NCBI RefSeq assembly: GCF_001194135.2
Contig: NC_068984.1
Coordinates: 114,309,226-114,373,225 of the forward strand
Direction: 5' to 3'
Length of the DNA: 64,000 bases
Source of the DNA: Octopus bimaculoides
Taxonomy: Eukaryota
The translations under genes and the position numbers were made by a program. Numbering within the stretch: the first letter of the stretch is position 1; the number at the start of each line of letters is the position of its first letter. Below the pieces are notes generated by a model, which worked only from the letters and a program-made list of their open reading frames with translations, made no database searches and had not been told where the DNA came from. Positions 25,215-38,560 of the stretch are shown here, piece by piece.

Positions 25215-27079
25215 AATTTTCATCATTTTCTATTTATTTTCTTTAACAAAAAAATAAACACGAGAACCAAAAGCCACAAACCATGCTGAAAAGGTACCAT
25301 GCAATATCAACACATTCTTAAATGCCCAAATGAACAAATAATAATTAGAAAAATTAGGAAAAAAGACATGCTCAAAATGGGTTATAAAAAGGGGGAAAAA
25401 TTGAGCTGGTTTACATTGTACTAAATTCATTTTGATCCATCATTATTATGAATAACCTTTGTAGTATGTTAATTTTCTGCTAAATAATTATATCAAGTTT
25501 TTATTTATTTGTTTTTTGTAGTTGTTGAGTATTTTCAAAATAATTTTTATGACTTTTGATCTTAATGAAACTCAATGGCTTACTTTCCTTAATAGTTTAT
25601 AGAACCTAAAGGTTAAACGACTATTCAGGGATTTAGATTTAAGATAGTTACAAAATCTCAAAATTTGGCCATGCTTGTATGAATATTATTAGCTGCTCAT
25701 AATATTAAAAACCTACTTTTATTTATGTATTTGTTTAATAAGTGTCTTTGGTATATCATAATCTTTTTGATACCGATCTGCCTGAAACTATCCCTGGTTC
25801 AATGATACAAATTCCTATTTTAAAGTGGTCTAAATTAAAACTTTCTGTGAAAAATTCATGATAATTTTTGTTCTAAACACCAGTTTAATAATGAAAAAGT
25901 TATTTTACTATATTCTTCATTATTTTCAAGATGAATTGAAGTAAAGGCAACATATTTATTTTGTCACTGTTTTAGAAATATGGCAAGAAAAAACTTAAGT
26001 GTATAATTTTTTTTTGACAGAGAAATCAAAGTATCTGAAAATTTCTAAAAACCCAATCATATTGTTTCTGCTAACTTTTTAGAATAGATAAGAATGGTTG
26101 CAGGTTCAGATACAATGTTGGTAATGTAGTTACGTCCCAGAACAAAATATTTTACTCAAGTTGATAACTCAGCTGTCACAAACACACAACAGTTTGATTT
26201 GATCGTAGAATAATTAGTCATACAGAAAACAAGTTGTAAAGTCATTCTTCACTTGTAGATTCTTTCAACTAGTGGGGAAAACAAGAGTAAATTATATCAT
26301 CACCATCATAGTTTTAACATCTACTTTCCTATGCTTGCATGGATTAGACAGGATTTGTTGAAGCAGATTTTCCATAGCTGGATGCCCTTCCTGTCATCAA
26401 CCTTCACTTGTTTCCAAGCAAAGTAATTTTTTCCTCGTGACTGAACATGTTTTCACAGAAGTTTAGAAACAAATGACATGTTATGTAACAATAAAACTTG
26501 TTTACAACTATTGTATAATGTCAAGATAAGGTGACACTAATACACACACACACACACACAAACTGGTTTCTTTCAGTTTCCATCGACCAAATCCACTCAG
26601 AAGGTTCTGATCCACCCAGGCCTATAGTAGAAGACACTTGCCCAAGATACTATGCAGTGAGACTGAACCTGAAACCATGATGTTGGTAAGCAAATGTCTT
26701 AACCACACACCATGCCTGCACCTAAACATGCATACATACATACATATACATATATGTGTATAGGTATGGTTGGATGCACTCAATACATGACAATCAAACT
26801 ACCTAGGTATTGGCTCTAATGTTAATCTTGTTGAATTCCCACTGTTACTTGTACAAACAGGTTGTCTGTATCTGAGAGTAGTCTGTGATGTGTTACCAAA
26901 TACTGAAACATATGTAACAATTAGAATAAAAGAGTACCAAGTTGTGCCTATATATATATATATATATATATATATAGATAGATAAGTAACTTAAGACTGT
27001 GTTAAAAATGTAACACCTTAAGTATCCTGGATTAAAAACTAATAGTTTGAAAGTTATTTTAGACTGGATAATGATAAAT

Positions 27080-27380
27080 TGTCGTCATTTAACGTCCGCT
27101 TTCCATGATAGCATGGGTTGGATGATTTGACTGAGGACTGGTGGATCAGGAGGCGACACCAGGCTCCAATCTGATTTGGCAGAGTTTCTACAGCTGGATG
27201 CCCTTCTTAACGTCAACCACTCCGAGAGTGTAATGGGTGTTTTACGTGCCACCGGCACGAGGGCCAGTCAGGTGGTACTGGCAACGGCCATGCTCGAAAT
27301 GGTGTATTTTATGTGCCACCTGCACAGGAGCCAGTTCATCGGCACTGGCAACGATCTCGCTTGAATGTCTTTTCACGTGC
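27080..27380 (-). mobile_element. RTE 3'UTR copy
   Basis: Near-identical to 9610-9900. Confidence 0.85.
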
Positions 27381-28335
27381 CAAAAAAAAAGACATTCAAG
27401 CGAGATCGTTGCCAGTGCCGATGGACTGAATTGTACTAGAATTATAGAGTTACTATAACAAAATATTATTGCTAAAATGATCTGTGCTGAGTATGGCCCT
27501 CATGACATTAATGATACATGTGAAGGCTACAATTTATTGCATACTGGGAAGCTTAAGGCTACAAATGTTCCCTGGATCATCTCAAGCTATGTATGATGAG
27601 TGCAAACCTACCTGCATCTTTCTGGTCGGCTTAAAATTATCTGTTGCAGTAAATCCATCAACCAATATGACCTAACTTATAGAAAAACTGTGATGTGAAC
27701 AGGAGGATGAAAGATACCAGATATGAAGCCATACGTTAGCAGGCACTGAAATATTCTCACAGTTTGTTCCAAAGTTATTAGGGCTAACAGAGTCCCAGTT
27801 CTCTCTTGAACAACTCATCTGAAATTCCTTAAGGCCACATGCCAAATTCTTTGCTAAACACATTCTTAACCCTAATCTTGTTGATGGTATCTCTGTACAG
27901 GTCTTATATGGTTCCCACAAGCCATTCATCATTACGTAGTCATTCTAAAGATCAGCAGACAACAGAGCATAGCACTTTGATTTTAGGTCAATGAATAGTA
28001 GACACAGTAGCTTATTCTCAGTTAAAAGCTTCTCTTGTAGTTGTCTCACTATGAATATGACAGTGGTGGTATTGTGTTTTGAACCGCATCACATCTAAGA
28101 TAATTCTCTTCCTAGTCCATTGTTCTATATCTCTTTCAGTTAATTTCATAAATTGGTCCCTCAGTTTGAAGTTTCTGTCATCACTTCTTTCTAGATCATC
28201 TCTTTTGTTCTTGTTGCAGCTCATGGATGATGCTACAATGCCAGTCATAGAGTATGATAGCTTGCTACACACACACACATACAAACACACAAATATAATG
28301 CATAAATAAAATACAGAATGTGACAATGTACTCAC

Positions 28336-28394
28336 TGAGAGATAATCAAATGGAGATTTTCTTTGAACTTGTTATATTCTGTTTCTTCAAAGGG
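28336..28394 (-). CDS. C1orf43: C1orf43 coding exon (PFEETEYNKFKENLHLIIS)
   Basis: ttttgtag acceptor, GTGAGT donor, 59 nt, phase 0 to 2. Matches NICE-3 VFGQNEYLRYQEAL. Confidence 0.85.
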
Positions 28395-29542
28395 CTACAA
28401 AATATCAAACATATGAGAGGTAAGGAGTGAAAGGTGGCTGTGTGCAGGATGGGAAAGGCAGCTGAAAGAACCTCTTGTTGGCTTTGGAGCAAGAGAGAGG
28501 AGTTAAGCTGGAAGCCAGGAGGAGATGAGGAGCATTGACTTGGCCACCTCTGCTGACCCACCAACAGGAGGGTGTTACAGTTCAGGGTTGAAACTCCCGA
28601 TGAATGTTGGACACTATTTGATGATATCAGTTCCTCCTGACCAAGACTCCATTCACTTTGGTGAATGGAAAAAGCACCTCCTTATAGATGTTATTAACAC
28701 ATGATATATACAAGATGACAAGCCAATTGGAAAGTCTTTGTGCAGTCACATGATCTGCTAGAAATAGAAGGTAAAATCTCCATTAGATCACATACTACTG
28801 TCCTTAAAATAGGGAAAACAAAAAGATAGAATGATTACAGCTTGAAACTCTTTAATGACAGGTCTATTTGATTAAAGGTAAACTGGCACTAAAAAACAAT
28901 ATATAAGGCAGAACATTTCTAGAACTGCCTTAAATTTAGTAATTCTTTCATAAATCTCAAGGATCCAGGGAAGCAGTGCTCAACATAGGTTTTGGTAAGG
29001 TTAAGTGCATGTGGAATGAACTGGCTAGCAAAGTACAATAACTAGTCTAGCTCATACGACTTTCACAGAAAGGCCTGTTCCTCCATAGCTAGGTGAATCT
29101 GATGAACTGTGTTGCTTGATAGCGACTCACTCAGCAACATAATAAAATAACTTTAGGAAGCTATACAAACTCATGATCCATGAACCAGAAATTAAATTTC
29201 TTTTCCACAGTTATTTTGCTTGTACTCCTGTATTATTATCATGAAGCTTTTACTTCATTTTCCTTTTCCTTCATACACACAAATTCACATATTAATAAAT
29301 ACATACCCATACACACATGCATCAATCAGCATTATTATCATTGTCTTTACATTCTCTTCTCCAATATTTGTGTAGGATAGATAGAACTCAGTGAGGCAGA
29401 TTCTCTACAGCCAGATAATCTTTCTTGTTGCTAAACCCTCACTTGTTTCTAACTAAAGTAATATTTTCCCTAGTCCCTCCACACACACACACACACAAAA
29501 ATAAAATAAAATAGAATAAAATAAAAAATCTAAATTACATAC

Positions 29543-29709
29543 CTGAGGTGTATGTCTGGCATTTTCATAGAGAAGAACAACATTGCGTATTAGTTCAAGG
29601 GATACTTTAGTGAGAATTCCCTTTGTATGTAAACGGTACAGGTATTGACGAACTGTTTCAGTGGGATGTCGTTCTCCATTATCAATGTCATGTTTTACAA
29701 TCTCCTCTT
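29543..29709 (-). CDS. C1orf43: C1orf43 coding exon (EEEIVKHDIDNGERHPTETVRQYLYRLHTKGILTKVSLELIRNVVLLYENARHTPQ)
   Basis: tcttcag acceptor, GTATGT donor, 167 nt, phase 1 to 0. Matches NICE-3 GRHP...RSYLLDL...LIDTLLDGYETARYG. Confidence 0.9.
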
Positions 29710-31639
29710 CTGAAGATACATTTTATTAGTAAGATATTACATTAGTATATTATGTTTTGTTGTTGGTAAAACCTATTTTGAATTTTCGGTCATTAAGAGA
29801 TCATTCAAAAGAGAAAGAAACAAACAGACAGAGATTTCTACATATTTACTCAACCAACTCAGTGTAGCAGCAATACATTCTTCAGTAAACTCCCTTCTAA
29901 CTTGAGATAACATAAGCTCTAGCATATGCTTGTAGGATCTAGATCAGACATGGGTAAGTATTTCCTAGTATCAGGCTTTATAAGACATTTAAAAAGTTTT
30001 TTAAAAAAGAGCAAAAGGGAATAGTTCAAGTGGACCAATAGTATGAATAAGTTAAGGGGTGATATTCTGGCATTTCCATGTACCCCCAACCCTCATGGAA
30101 TCATAAAGGATGCTGCCCATCCTGCTCTAGACCTGATCAAAGTCAATTTTTGAGAGAAAGAGTGTGTAGAATGTACTCCATTGATCAGCCCCGAAGAGAT
30201 GAAAAGTCAAATTCACCAGGATTTGAACTCAGAGCAAAGAGCGGTGGAACTAATACCATCAGCATTATATCTGACATTCTAACAATTCTGCCAATTATGA
30301 ACTTATGCAGAGAATGATCTATGCTAAAAACTTCTCAATTATTAAAATCTCTCTAATTAGTGGGAGAAAGACAACAACTATTTAGCGGCTCACTGTTAGT
30401 GACTCTCAAACAAAAAAGGGTACAATTCCAATAAATAAGAATTTTACGAAATCATTTTCAGGCAGGTTTCACTTGTACTGGACCTCATCACATAGAATAT
30501 ATATATATATGATCTACACAAACCTGAGCCTGACAGTATCAGGTGACAAGACTGTATGTATATGTGTGTATGAAAAAGAAAGAATTGTTTAGCAATGTAA
30601 AAAAAAAGGAAAAGAAAAACTAAGGGAAATAACTCTAACGAGCAAATGGTAAGAATGTAGATAATTGACATTTATAAGAGGTGATATTTCTCAATAACTG
30701 ATATTTCCCTCTTGGATGGAATAACGAAATAGAAACCTAGCACCACTTGTATTTGTTATAGCAATTCAAAGAAAAAAGTAGATAAATTCAGGATGAATTT
30801 ACATGATATGGGAAAAAAAAAATCTGATCTTTGTTAGCAGACAAAGGGGGACAGCTACAGACATGCTCCAGGGCTACTAGACCTCTTGAGTTATTTTCGT
30901 TAGCTTATTTTATTTTAATTTTTATTTTATTATGCAAACTTTCACTGGTCATAAATCTTTGTATTTTTCTATATGCAATAAGTTCTGAAGTTCTAAAACT
31001 TTCAAGGAATTCTTGAGATCTTGAAATTACCCTCCCTCACCTTTCGTTTGAGAGTTGCTAACAATTACCACTAGGCATTTATTTTCTTTCCCTAGCCGAG
31101 AAAGAAATTTCAATAAATTGAGAATTTTTTGTATAGATGTACTGTTCAGTATAGTTCAGGCTGCACCTCTGAAATAATGTTTTTAACAAACATTGTATAC
31201 AGTTTAGAGCATACTGTACATTATGCTCAGTAAAATCATAGAAAATGAATTAGAGTTGGAGTCTGACGATAATGCGACAAAATTTTAGTAAAAATTTATT
31301 ATGTTCAACAGAGATGAAGGTGTTAAATAAGTGGTATTGTCGGAGAAATAAACTTGCCTAATATGCAGAAAAGGAATAGGTAGGAATTCCATAAGCTGTA
31401 CCCAGTGAACCACACATACATAAAAGGTATTATGAAATCATAGACAAGTTTACAGAGAAAGTAAGCTTTGTATATGGCAGATGCATTGGAGCAATATGCA
31501 GTCAGATCACGTTGAAAATAGATTCTTTTTAATGCTCAGATGGCACACTAGAAGTAGCTTCTGTTAACTAGGTGATGTAATTACCAGGGGACATGGTTGT
31601 TCAGAATGTATAGTAGCCATGGTACAAAGAGGTTGGGAA

Positions 31640-32150
31640 AAGTTCAGGGAGTTATTATATCATCTGGCAATAAAGGTCTTCTCCTGCAGAGTGAATGGCA
31701 GGCTGAAGGGCAGATTGTATGATACTTGTGCCAGAATTGCAATGCTGCATGATAGTAAGACATGGGCCTATAATATATAGAAACTTGTGAAGACTAGAAA
31801 GAAATGAAACTAGCATGCTCTGATAGATGTGTAGTGTTAGCATGTAAGAACGTCAGAGTACAAATGAGTTGAGGGAACAATTGAGTATAAGAGTAACCAG
31901 GCATAATGTACAAGACAGAAGGCTGTGCTGGTACGTGATTCATATGGACAATGAGTACTGCATAACAAAGTGCCAAGAAGTTCAAGGTAGTGGAACCAGT
32001 GGAAGAGAGAGCTAAGAAAAAACTTGAGATGAAGTGGAAAAGGCTGATTTGAAAATGCTGTATCTCAAAGAGGAGATGACAAAATATAGCACAGATTGGC
32101 AATACATGGTGCTGCAGAAGATTCAACCAGCCATAGCAAAACATTCCATT
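31640..32150 (+). mobile_element. Decayed RTE C-terminal fragments
   Basis: Remnants of (LRV)KGRLYD.C.R.AMLH.S.TW occur twice. Confidence 0.55.
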
Positions 32151-32205
32151 TATATACTGAAGGAAATTCATTAAAAAAATATGTTGATGTTAGGAAGAAA
32201 CTCAC

Positions 32206-32262
32206 CAAGAACTGAGAAACCATCACAAGCTTTCATGCGGAATTTTTGATTATTATTGCTGT
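32206..32262 (-). CDS. C1orf43: C1orf43 coding exon (DSNNNQKFRMKACDGFSVL)
   Basis: ttctttcag acceptor, GTGAGT donor, 57 nt, phase 1 to 1. The RMKA.D motif matches NICE-3 YRMKALD. Confidence 0.9.
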
Positions 32263-32439
32263 CTGAAAGAAATATTTTAAAACTTGATATAAATAAAGCA
32301 AAAAATATAAATATATAATGATAAAAAAACAAAACAAAGGAAACATTTATAAAAATGCATCTAAAATCTCTTTTTTATTGCAAGTATACGAGAAAATGTT
32401 ATAAATGATGAGTAAGAAATTTATATATTTCTTTAATCA

Positions 32440-33110
32440 GACCCGCTTGTTGGAAGCTTCTGTATGCTGATGACCTTGTTCTTATAGCAGAATCTGTGGA
32501 AGGTTTAGAAAAGAAATTCCAGATATGGTATCAGAATAGAATTGAAGAGCCTCAAAGTAAACTTAGGAAAGAAAACAGGACTGTTGCTGTCAGGAAAAAG
32601 AAAGTTCTTAGTAAGCGAAAAAGGAGTAGTAGAAACTCCATACAATATACCCAATGTAAATAATTGATGCATGAAAGTTGTAGGATCATAAACAGGCTAA
32701 TAGCTAAGATAACCCTAATATGAGGCAGATGCACAGGAACATTAAGCATGAAGAGCACTCCAAAAATAGATTCTCTCAATAGCTCAGGAGGCTCTCTAGG
32801 AATAGTCAATAGTTTTTTTTTTTTGTTACTTAGGAGGCCTAACTACCAGTGGGATTGGGTGTTCTAAAAGTATAAATGAGCATTTGAAGAACAGGACAGA
32901 AAACATTCGGGGAGCTACCACCTCTACAGGTAACAAAGGACGCTCTCCCTCAGAGTGAAGGGCAGAGTGTATGATACTTGTGTGTGAAGCGTGGTGCGAC
33001 AGTGTAGTGAGACCTGGGTCCTGAATGCAGAGGAGTTTTGAAGGCTAGAAATGAACGAGGTGAACATGTGTTGATGGATGATGATAATATCTATTTTTAC
33101 ATAGAGACAA
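32440..33110 (+). mobile_element. Decayed RTE reverse-transcriptase fragment
   Basis: PCWKLLYADDLVLIAESVEGLEKKFQIW (YADD motif), followed by KGRVYDTCV. Confidence 0.75.
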
Positions 33111-33328
33111 TCCTTGATAAAATGGAACACAATAATAAAATTTTCTGATTTCAAGATGGTTGGGAAATAAATGAACAAAAGTAAAGCTGGAGGATCTTGA
33201 CATTTTAACAATACTAAATCAAATTATAATCTCTTCTCTACCAAAACTGTTTCACTGGAAGAAGAAGATAACTACATGCACTTAAAATGAAAAAGATTGT
33301 CCATGAGAAGACAATTGAGTTCTTTCTA

Positions 33329-33688
33329 TTGGGTTGGCAACTAAGTTCCTGCTCTTTTTTTAAATGCATGGGTGGGAAGTGCTGCCGCACCCGCCATACT
33401 CTCCTGATTTTGCACCAACGGATTTCCACCTCTTTCGATCTCTTTCAAATGCTATGCCCGGAGTTTCGTTCAATACTGATGCAGAATTGAGAGCTTGGTT
33501 GGATCAATATATTGAGTCAAAATCGGGTGATTTCTACCAACGAGGTATAGAAAATCTTGTTGAACGTTGGGAAGAAGTTGTAAACAACAAGGGTGAATAC
33601 ATTATTGATTAATTAGTTGCTATTTTTCATTAAACCTTTAAAAAAATTTAAATTTCAAAAAATGGCAGGCACTTAGTTGCCAACCTAA
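33329..33688 (+). mobile_element. 360-bp internally deleted mariner
   Basis: TIRs TTGGGTTGGCAACTAAG / CTTAGTTGCCAACCTAA with TA target duplications. Retains the transposase C-terminus WEVLPHPPYSPDFAPTDFHLF...GEYIID. Confidence 0.9.
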
Positions 33689-36600
33689 TAGAAATAAAGT
33701 CTTTAAAATGAAGCCACTATCATAATACAGTCCTATTTGTATAGCAGTATTTAAGCAAGGGAAGTAACTGTCTCAGATTCTTGAGCATTCAATTATCATT
33801 TTTCACTACTTCGATAAGTATGAGCCTGATGCTCCAGTGCACCACAACAAAACAATGTTCTTTTCATATGTACAGAGAAGGTACAGCTTACCAGCCCTGG
33901 TCAAACCGTCCAACCCATGCCAGCATGGACAACGAACGTTAAAAGATGATGACGATGGTGATGATGATAAACACACACACACAAAATTTCCAGTGAAATA
34001 ATTCTAATGAACAATTCAAAATGTGATAGAAAAGATTTAAGTAAAATTCACAGGCAACACATACAAACTGGAATGTTTAGTGGCAGAGCAGAGATGGTAT
34101 CTAAATTGTCTCATGGGATAAATATGGCTGAGTCATTAAGAAGCTCACTTCATAACCCAAGTGGTGAGGGCTCAAAACTTATGTGGTTTGGGTTCAATTC
34201 CACTTCAAAATACCTTGGGAAAGTGTCTTCTGTCATCATGTTGAGTTAACTAATTCCTCGTGAGCTGAATTTGGTAAATGGAAAATGTGTAGAAGCTTGA
34301 TGTGTGTATGTGTGTATAATCATTTACTGTTTGGCTTCCATGCTGACATGGGTTGAATGATTCAACTGGATCCAATGAGTCTGGCAGGGTTTTCTACAGT
34401 TGGATGCCCTTGCTAATGCCAACCACTTTACAGAGTGTACTGGGTGTTTTTTATGTGACACCAGCACCAGTGAGGTTGTCAAGCAACTCACAAGAAAATG
34501 AAACCCCTACTCAGCTAAGTGAGGATGTAGTAGAGTAGGAGGTGGCATTATGTCAGGTGTTGCGAGGTTAAAGCATGGTGGAGGGATAAGAACAGGTATC
34601 CGACTGAAGAAAAGATACATGGCTACAACACATTATATAAGGGCAAGTGGGTAGATGTAAGTGAAAAGACAAAGAAGAGGGTGGTGATAAAGTATCAGAG
34701 ATAGAGGAAGGTAGGTGGATAAGTGCGTGTGTGTGTGTGTGTGTGTGAGTGTATGTATTTATGGGGAAGTGTTTGTGTGTGATTCTTTCCTCAACATATA
34801 TTGACAAAACTTGTGAAAAGAATATCAGTGTGAAAACCAGTAAAACTTGTAAGTTTTCTAACAATAAATCATCATTGACGTTTCGATAAACCAGTGTTGT
34901 TGCAGTATTTATCCTCTCCAAGTTGCACAGACACTCTCTTGTTACACTTGGCACTTTAAATGCCTTGAACCAGTGAGTAGCCCATTAGAAATGTGCAACC
35001 TCAGAGTGATATAAAATATAAAATAACATACTTTAAGATTTCAAGTAATATTGGTTTCAAATGTGAACAGATGGAATTTTAAGATAACATGTAAATGTTC
35101 AAATTAGCAGCTAATACATTCAGTTTACACCAAAGTCTGTTTAAATAAATCATCACCACCATCATTTAATATCTGACTTCCATTCTGGAATGGGTTGGAT
35201 GGTTTGACAGAGTTGATGAGTCATAGAACTGTATCATGCACTGATGTCTTCTTTGGATGTTTCTGTAGCTGGATGCTCTTCTGAGCATCAACCACTATGC
35301 AGAGTGTACTGGGTGCTTTTTCCATGGCACCAGTACTAGTGATGGTCACCTAATAACTTGGAAAGCTAAGGTCCTAAGGTAGCCCCTATAACTGAGTGAG
35401 AACAAGAGAGAGTGTGCAATAATCCTAGGCAGAAAGATGAGAGAATGGACAGTAAAAAGGAAGATTGTGAGAGTATGACAGGGAACAGGAGAGAAGGAAG
35501 GGATTAGTGACAGGGTGGAAAAAAGGGAGAGGTGCAGTTGAAAAAGTGACAGACTGGGGGATGTCTAAAAGGGGGAGTCTAGGGCTACTCACCATTATAA
35601 GGGTTGAGTATGGACAGGTGTGATGATAAGGGGACATGTGACATGCAAAAAGGAAATGTAGTTTTTAGGAATATTCTCACTATTGCACCTCTGTCTCTGT
35701 GTCATGAGCATAAACCACTTTTAGTAGCATCTAAAATTGTGTTGACACTACATTATGCAGTCTCAACAGCATACAAAAAAAAATTAAAAGATGCTCTACC
35801 TTCTGACTGGCAACAATACAGTCGCTCATATGTCATAACTACTAACCCACAAACATGATGTTTCTTCTCTCTGTCACTTCTAATCTTCTGAACTAACAAA
35901 CTGCATGCCATCTAAAATGAAGCCTATTTAATGTACCAGTCTCTTCTTATCATGTCTACTATCTATCACATTGAAAGCCTTGTAATACACACTTTGCCAA
36001 AAATTACCTCTTCAGGCATTCACCTTCAGAAATTCAAACTGAAGACCAACTGCCAATCTAAGACGGCTTATAAACATGTCATAGAAAATACTCTCTTTAT
36101 CCAACTAAATAAAAAATAATAATAAGTATAAAAGGAAGTGTTGGCCAAGTAAACATACAGCAAGGAATTATTTTATCAAATGTCAGAGTAGTCCCGAAAG
36201 TCAATGATCTACTTTCATATCAAATAATCCAATTTACTTTGTGACAAATCCAAGTCAATCTTAGCAGAATTTAAACTTAGATGATCTATTTTAAAATTGT
36301 TTATAATCATTATTATTGCTGTCATCACTATTTTAACACACCTTGTTTTATGATGGCATGGGTTGACTGGGTTTGTTGTATGGCAAATTGCCATAAGTCT
36401 TAGTCCAGCTTGTACAATCAGAAGATATCTATCAACAATTGTTTATAATTAGATTAAGAAGTATAATCCTTTTATTCACTCTAATCCTTTCTCTGTATAC
36501 ATATGAAAAAGAAATTTTCCCTAGAAGTAAAGAAATTGCGACTGAATTTTTGTAACCTACATTCGGTTGGACTGTTTCATAAATGCACCTTCAACATGAG

Positions 36601-36764
36601 CATAATCATAAATTCATTTCAATTCTATAGAAAATTCTAAAAATTAAATAATTTAAATAAATTAGAATAAATTAGAAGTTTTTTACAGTCAGTCAGATCT
36701 CAAAGATCATCAACAGTTTTACTTTCTTTTATAAATTCCCATCCCAGATTTTTTGCATTTTCTT

Positions 36765-37185
36765 GAATGGCATAGCTCTGTAGTTAAGCAGTTTGCTTCC
36801 CAGCCACATGGTTTTGGGTTCAGTCCCACTGCATGGCACTTTGGGCAAGTGTCTTTTACTATAGTTCCAGGCCAACCAAAGCTTTGTGAGTGGATTTAGT
36901 AGATGGAAAGTGAAAGAAGCCCAGTGTGTGTGTGTGTGCATGTATGTTTATGTTTTCTTGTCTCAACATTACATGACTAGTTGTAAATGACTATCACTGT
37001 TAAAGAAGCAGTGTAGTTCACTTGCAATAATGTGTGGAAATATGTCTGGCCATGGGAAATGTTACCTCACATGGAAACAGGTGAGGGTTGACAACAAGAA
37101 GGGCATCCAGCCATAGAAAATCTGCCTCAATATACTGCATCCAATCCATGCAAGCATGGTAAAATGGATGTTAAGACAATGTAGC
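36765..37185 (+). mobile_element. tRNA/CORE-type SINE ending in an RTE-like tail
   Basis: tRNA-like head, TTGGGCAAGTGTC core and GGGTTG..AAGAAGGGCATCCAGC tail. Related copies at 43645-44030 and (minus) 26285-26725. Confidence 0.7.
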
Positions 37186-38300
37186 TGCATCACTTACAGA
37201 CTGAATTTAGTCATAAAAAAAAAAATCCAAGCTGCCACCGTTGTTTTAAGTCCACTTTCCATACCAACATCAATTGGATGGATCACCATGGTCAAATTCA
37301 GCACATATTTGAGGGGTATACTCATCTTGATAGGTCAGTCAAACCCCCATCTTGCAAGCATTTCATTTTCAGCTTGATTTCAATGGCTGCATGCCCATTC
37401 TAACAACAACCACTTAGCAGGAGTTTATCAAGTGCTTTCTCATGGCACCAGCACTGGAGAAGTGTCATATCCTGAGCAAGACTAACACAAGCCCCTGTGT
37501 CTCTACTCAATTGCCAGTCTCGTTAGAGAGAGAGAGAGAGAGAGAGAGAGAAGCATAAATGAAAGAGGCATAAATGATAGTGACAGGAATCATATGTAAT
37601 TGGAGAAGGACTAATAGGAGTACTCAGTATTCTGGACAAGGTATGCATATACAAGGCAATATGACTGAGATGACAGTTCCAATGATTACTCTTACCCACT
37701 TTTGTGCTATGTAAGTAGTCATGTAGTTGTTTTAAAGCAAGAAACCTGTTCTGGCTGTTTCTTTCAAACTTTAACCTTTGTCACCTGGTATAAACCACTT
37801 CCCTCTCTATTGTAGCCCTACTCAGTCAAAGGAGTTGTTAGTCTTGCAAGCTACAAGCTGATCTCACTAGTGCTGATGCTACAAAAATAGCAGCCATCAG
37901 ACTCTGTAAAGTGGTTGGCGTTAGGAAGGGCACTGGACCACAGAAACCATGCCAAAGCAGATACTGGTACATGATGCAGTTCTCAGATCCAGCAGATACT
38001 GTAAAATCATCAAAATCATACCAGCATGGAAGATGAATGCTAAAAGATGATGATGAATGAAGAATTTGGTCAGATTAAGCGTATTACCTTTTCCATTTAG
38101 TGGTATATGAAACCTGATATTTGGAACATAACATAACAGAAAGATTTTCAATTATAATTATGATAGAAGGTTTTAACTTCAATACAATACTTTAAACAGG
38201 TGGTTTTGTACTAAAGAATCAGAGACAGTCTCGGTTGAGTTGACATCAAAAGAGCTAAAGGAATGTAAATAAATAAAAAACAAAACTGCTTTGAACTTAC

Positions 38301-38418
38301 CAACTGAATCTGAACACATATCATTTTCAGTGTCATTTGAGGATTTTTGAAGCAATGTTGGTTCAAATTTTATATTTTTTACATGGTGAAGTCTTCGTTG
38401 GATTTCTTTCTGCAGACT
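38301..38418 (-). CDS. C1orf43: C1orf43 coding exon (SLQKEIQRRLHHVKNIKFEPTLLQKSSNDTENDMCSDSV)
   Basis: ttgatttcag acceptor, GTAAGT donor, 118 nt, phase 0 to 1. Matches human DLKEEIDIRLSRVQDIKYEPQLL. Confidence 0.9.
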
Positions 38419-38560
38419 CTGAAATCAAATTACATTGATGCATAAATATATAAAACTGACAGTGAGTAGTTCACGGTTTACTTAGAAACCACCACCAGGT
38501 ATTAATATTAACACTTTAAATGTTATATTGCTACAGACACAGACACATACAAATAATATA

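Noticed and set aside
28018-28335. 105-aa ORF starting at the C1orf43 donor
   Set aside because: It starts at the GTG of the splice site, is out of frame with the exon, crosses a (GT)n tract and has no recognisable homology.
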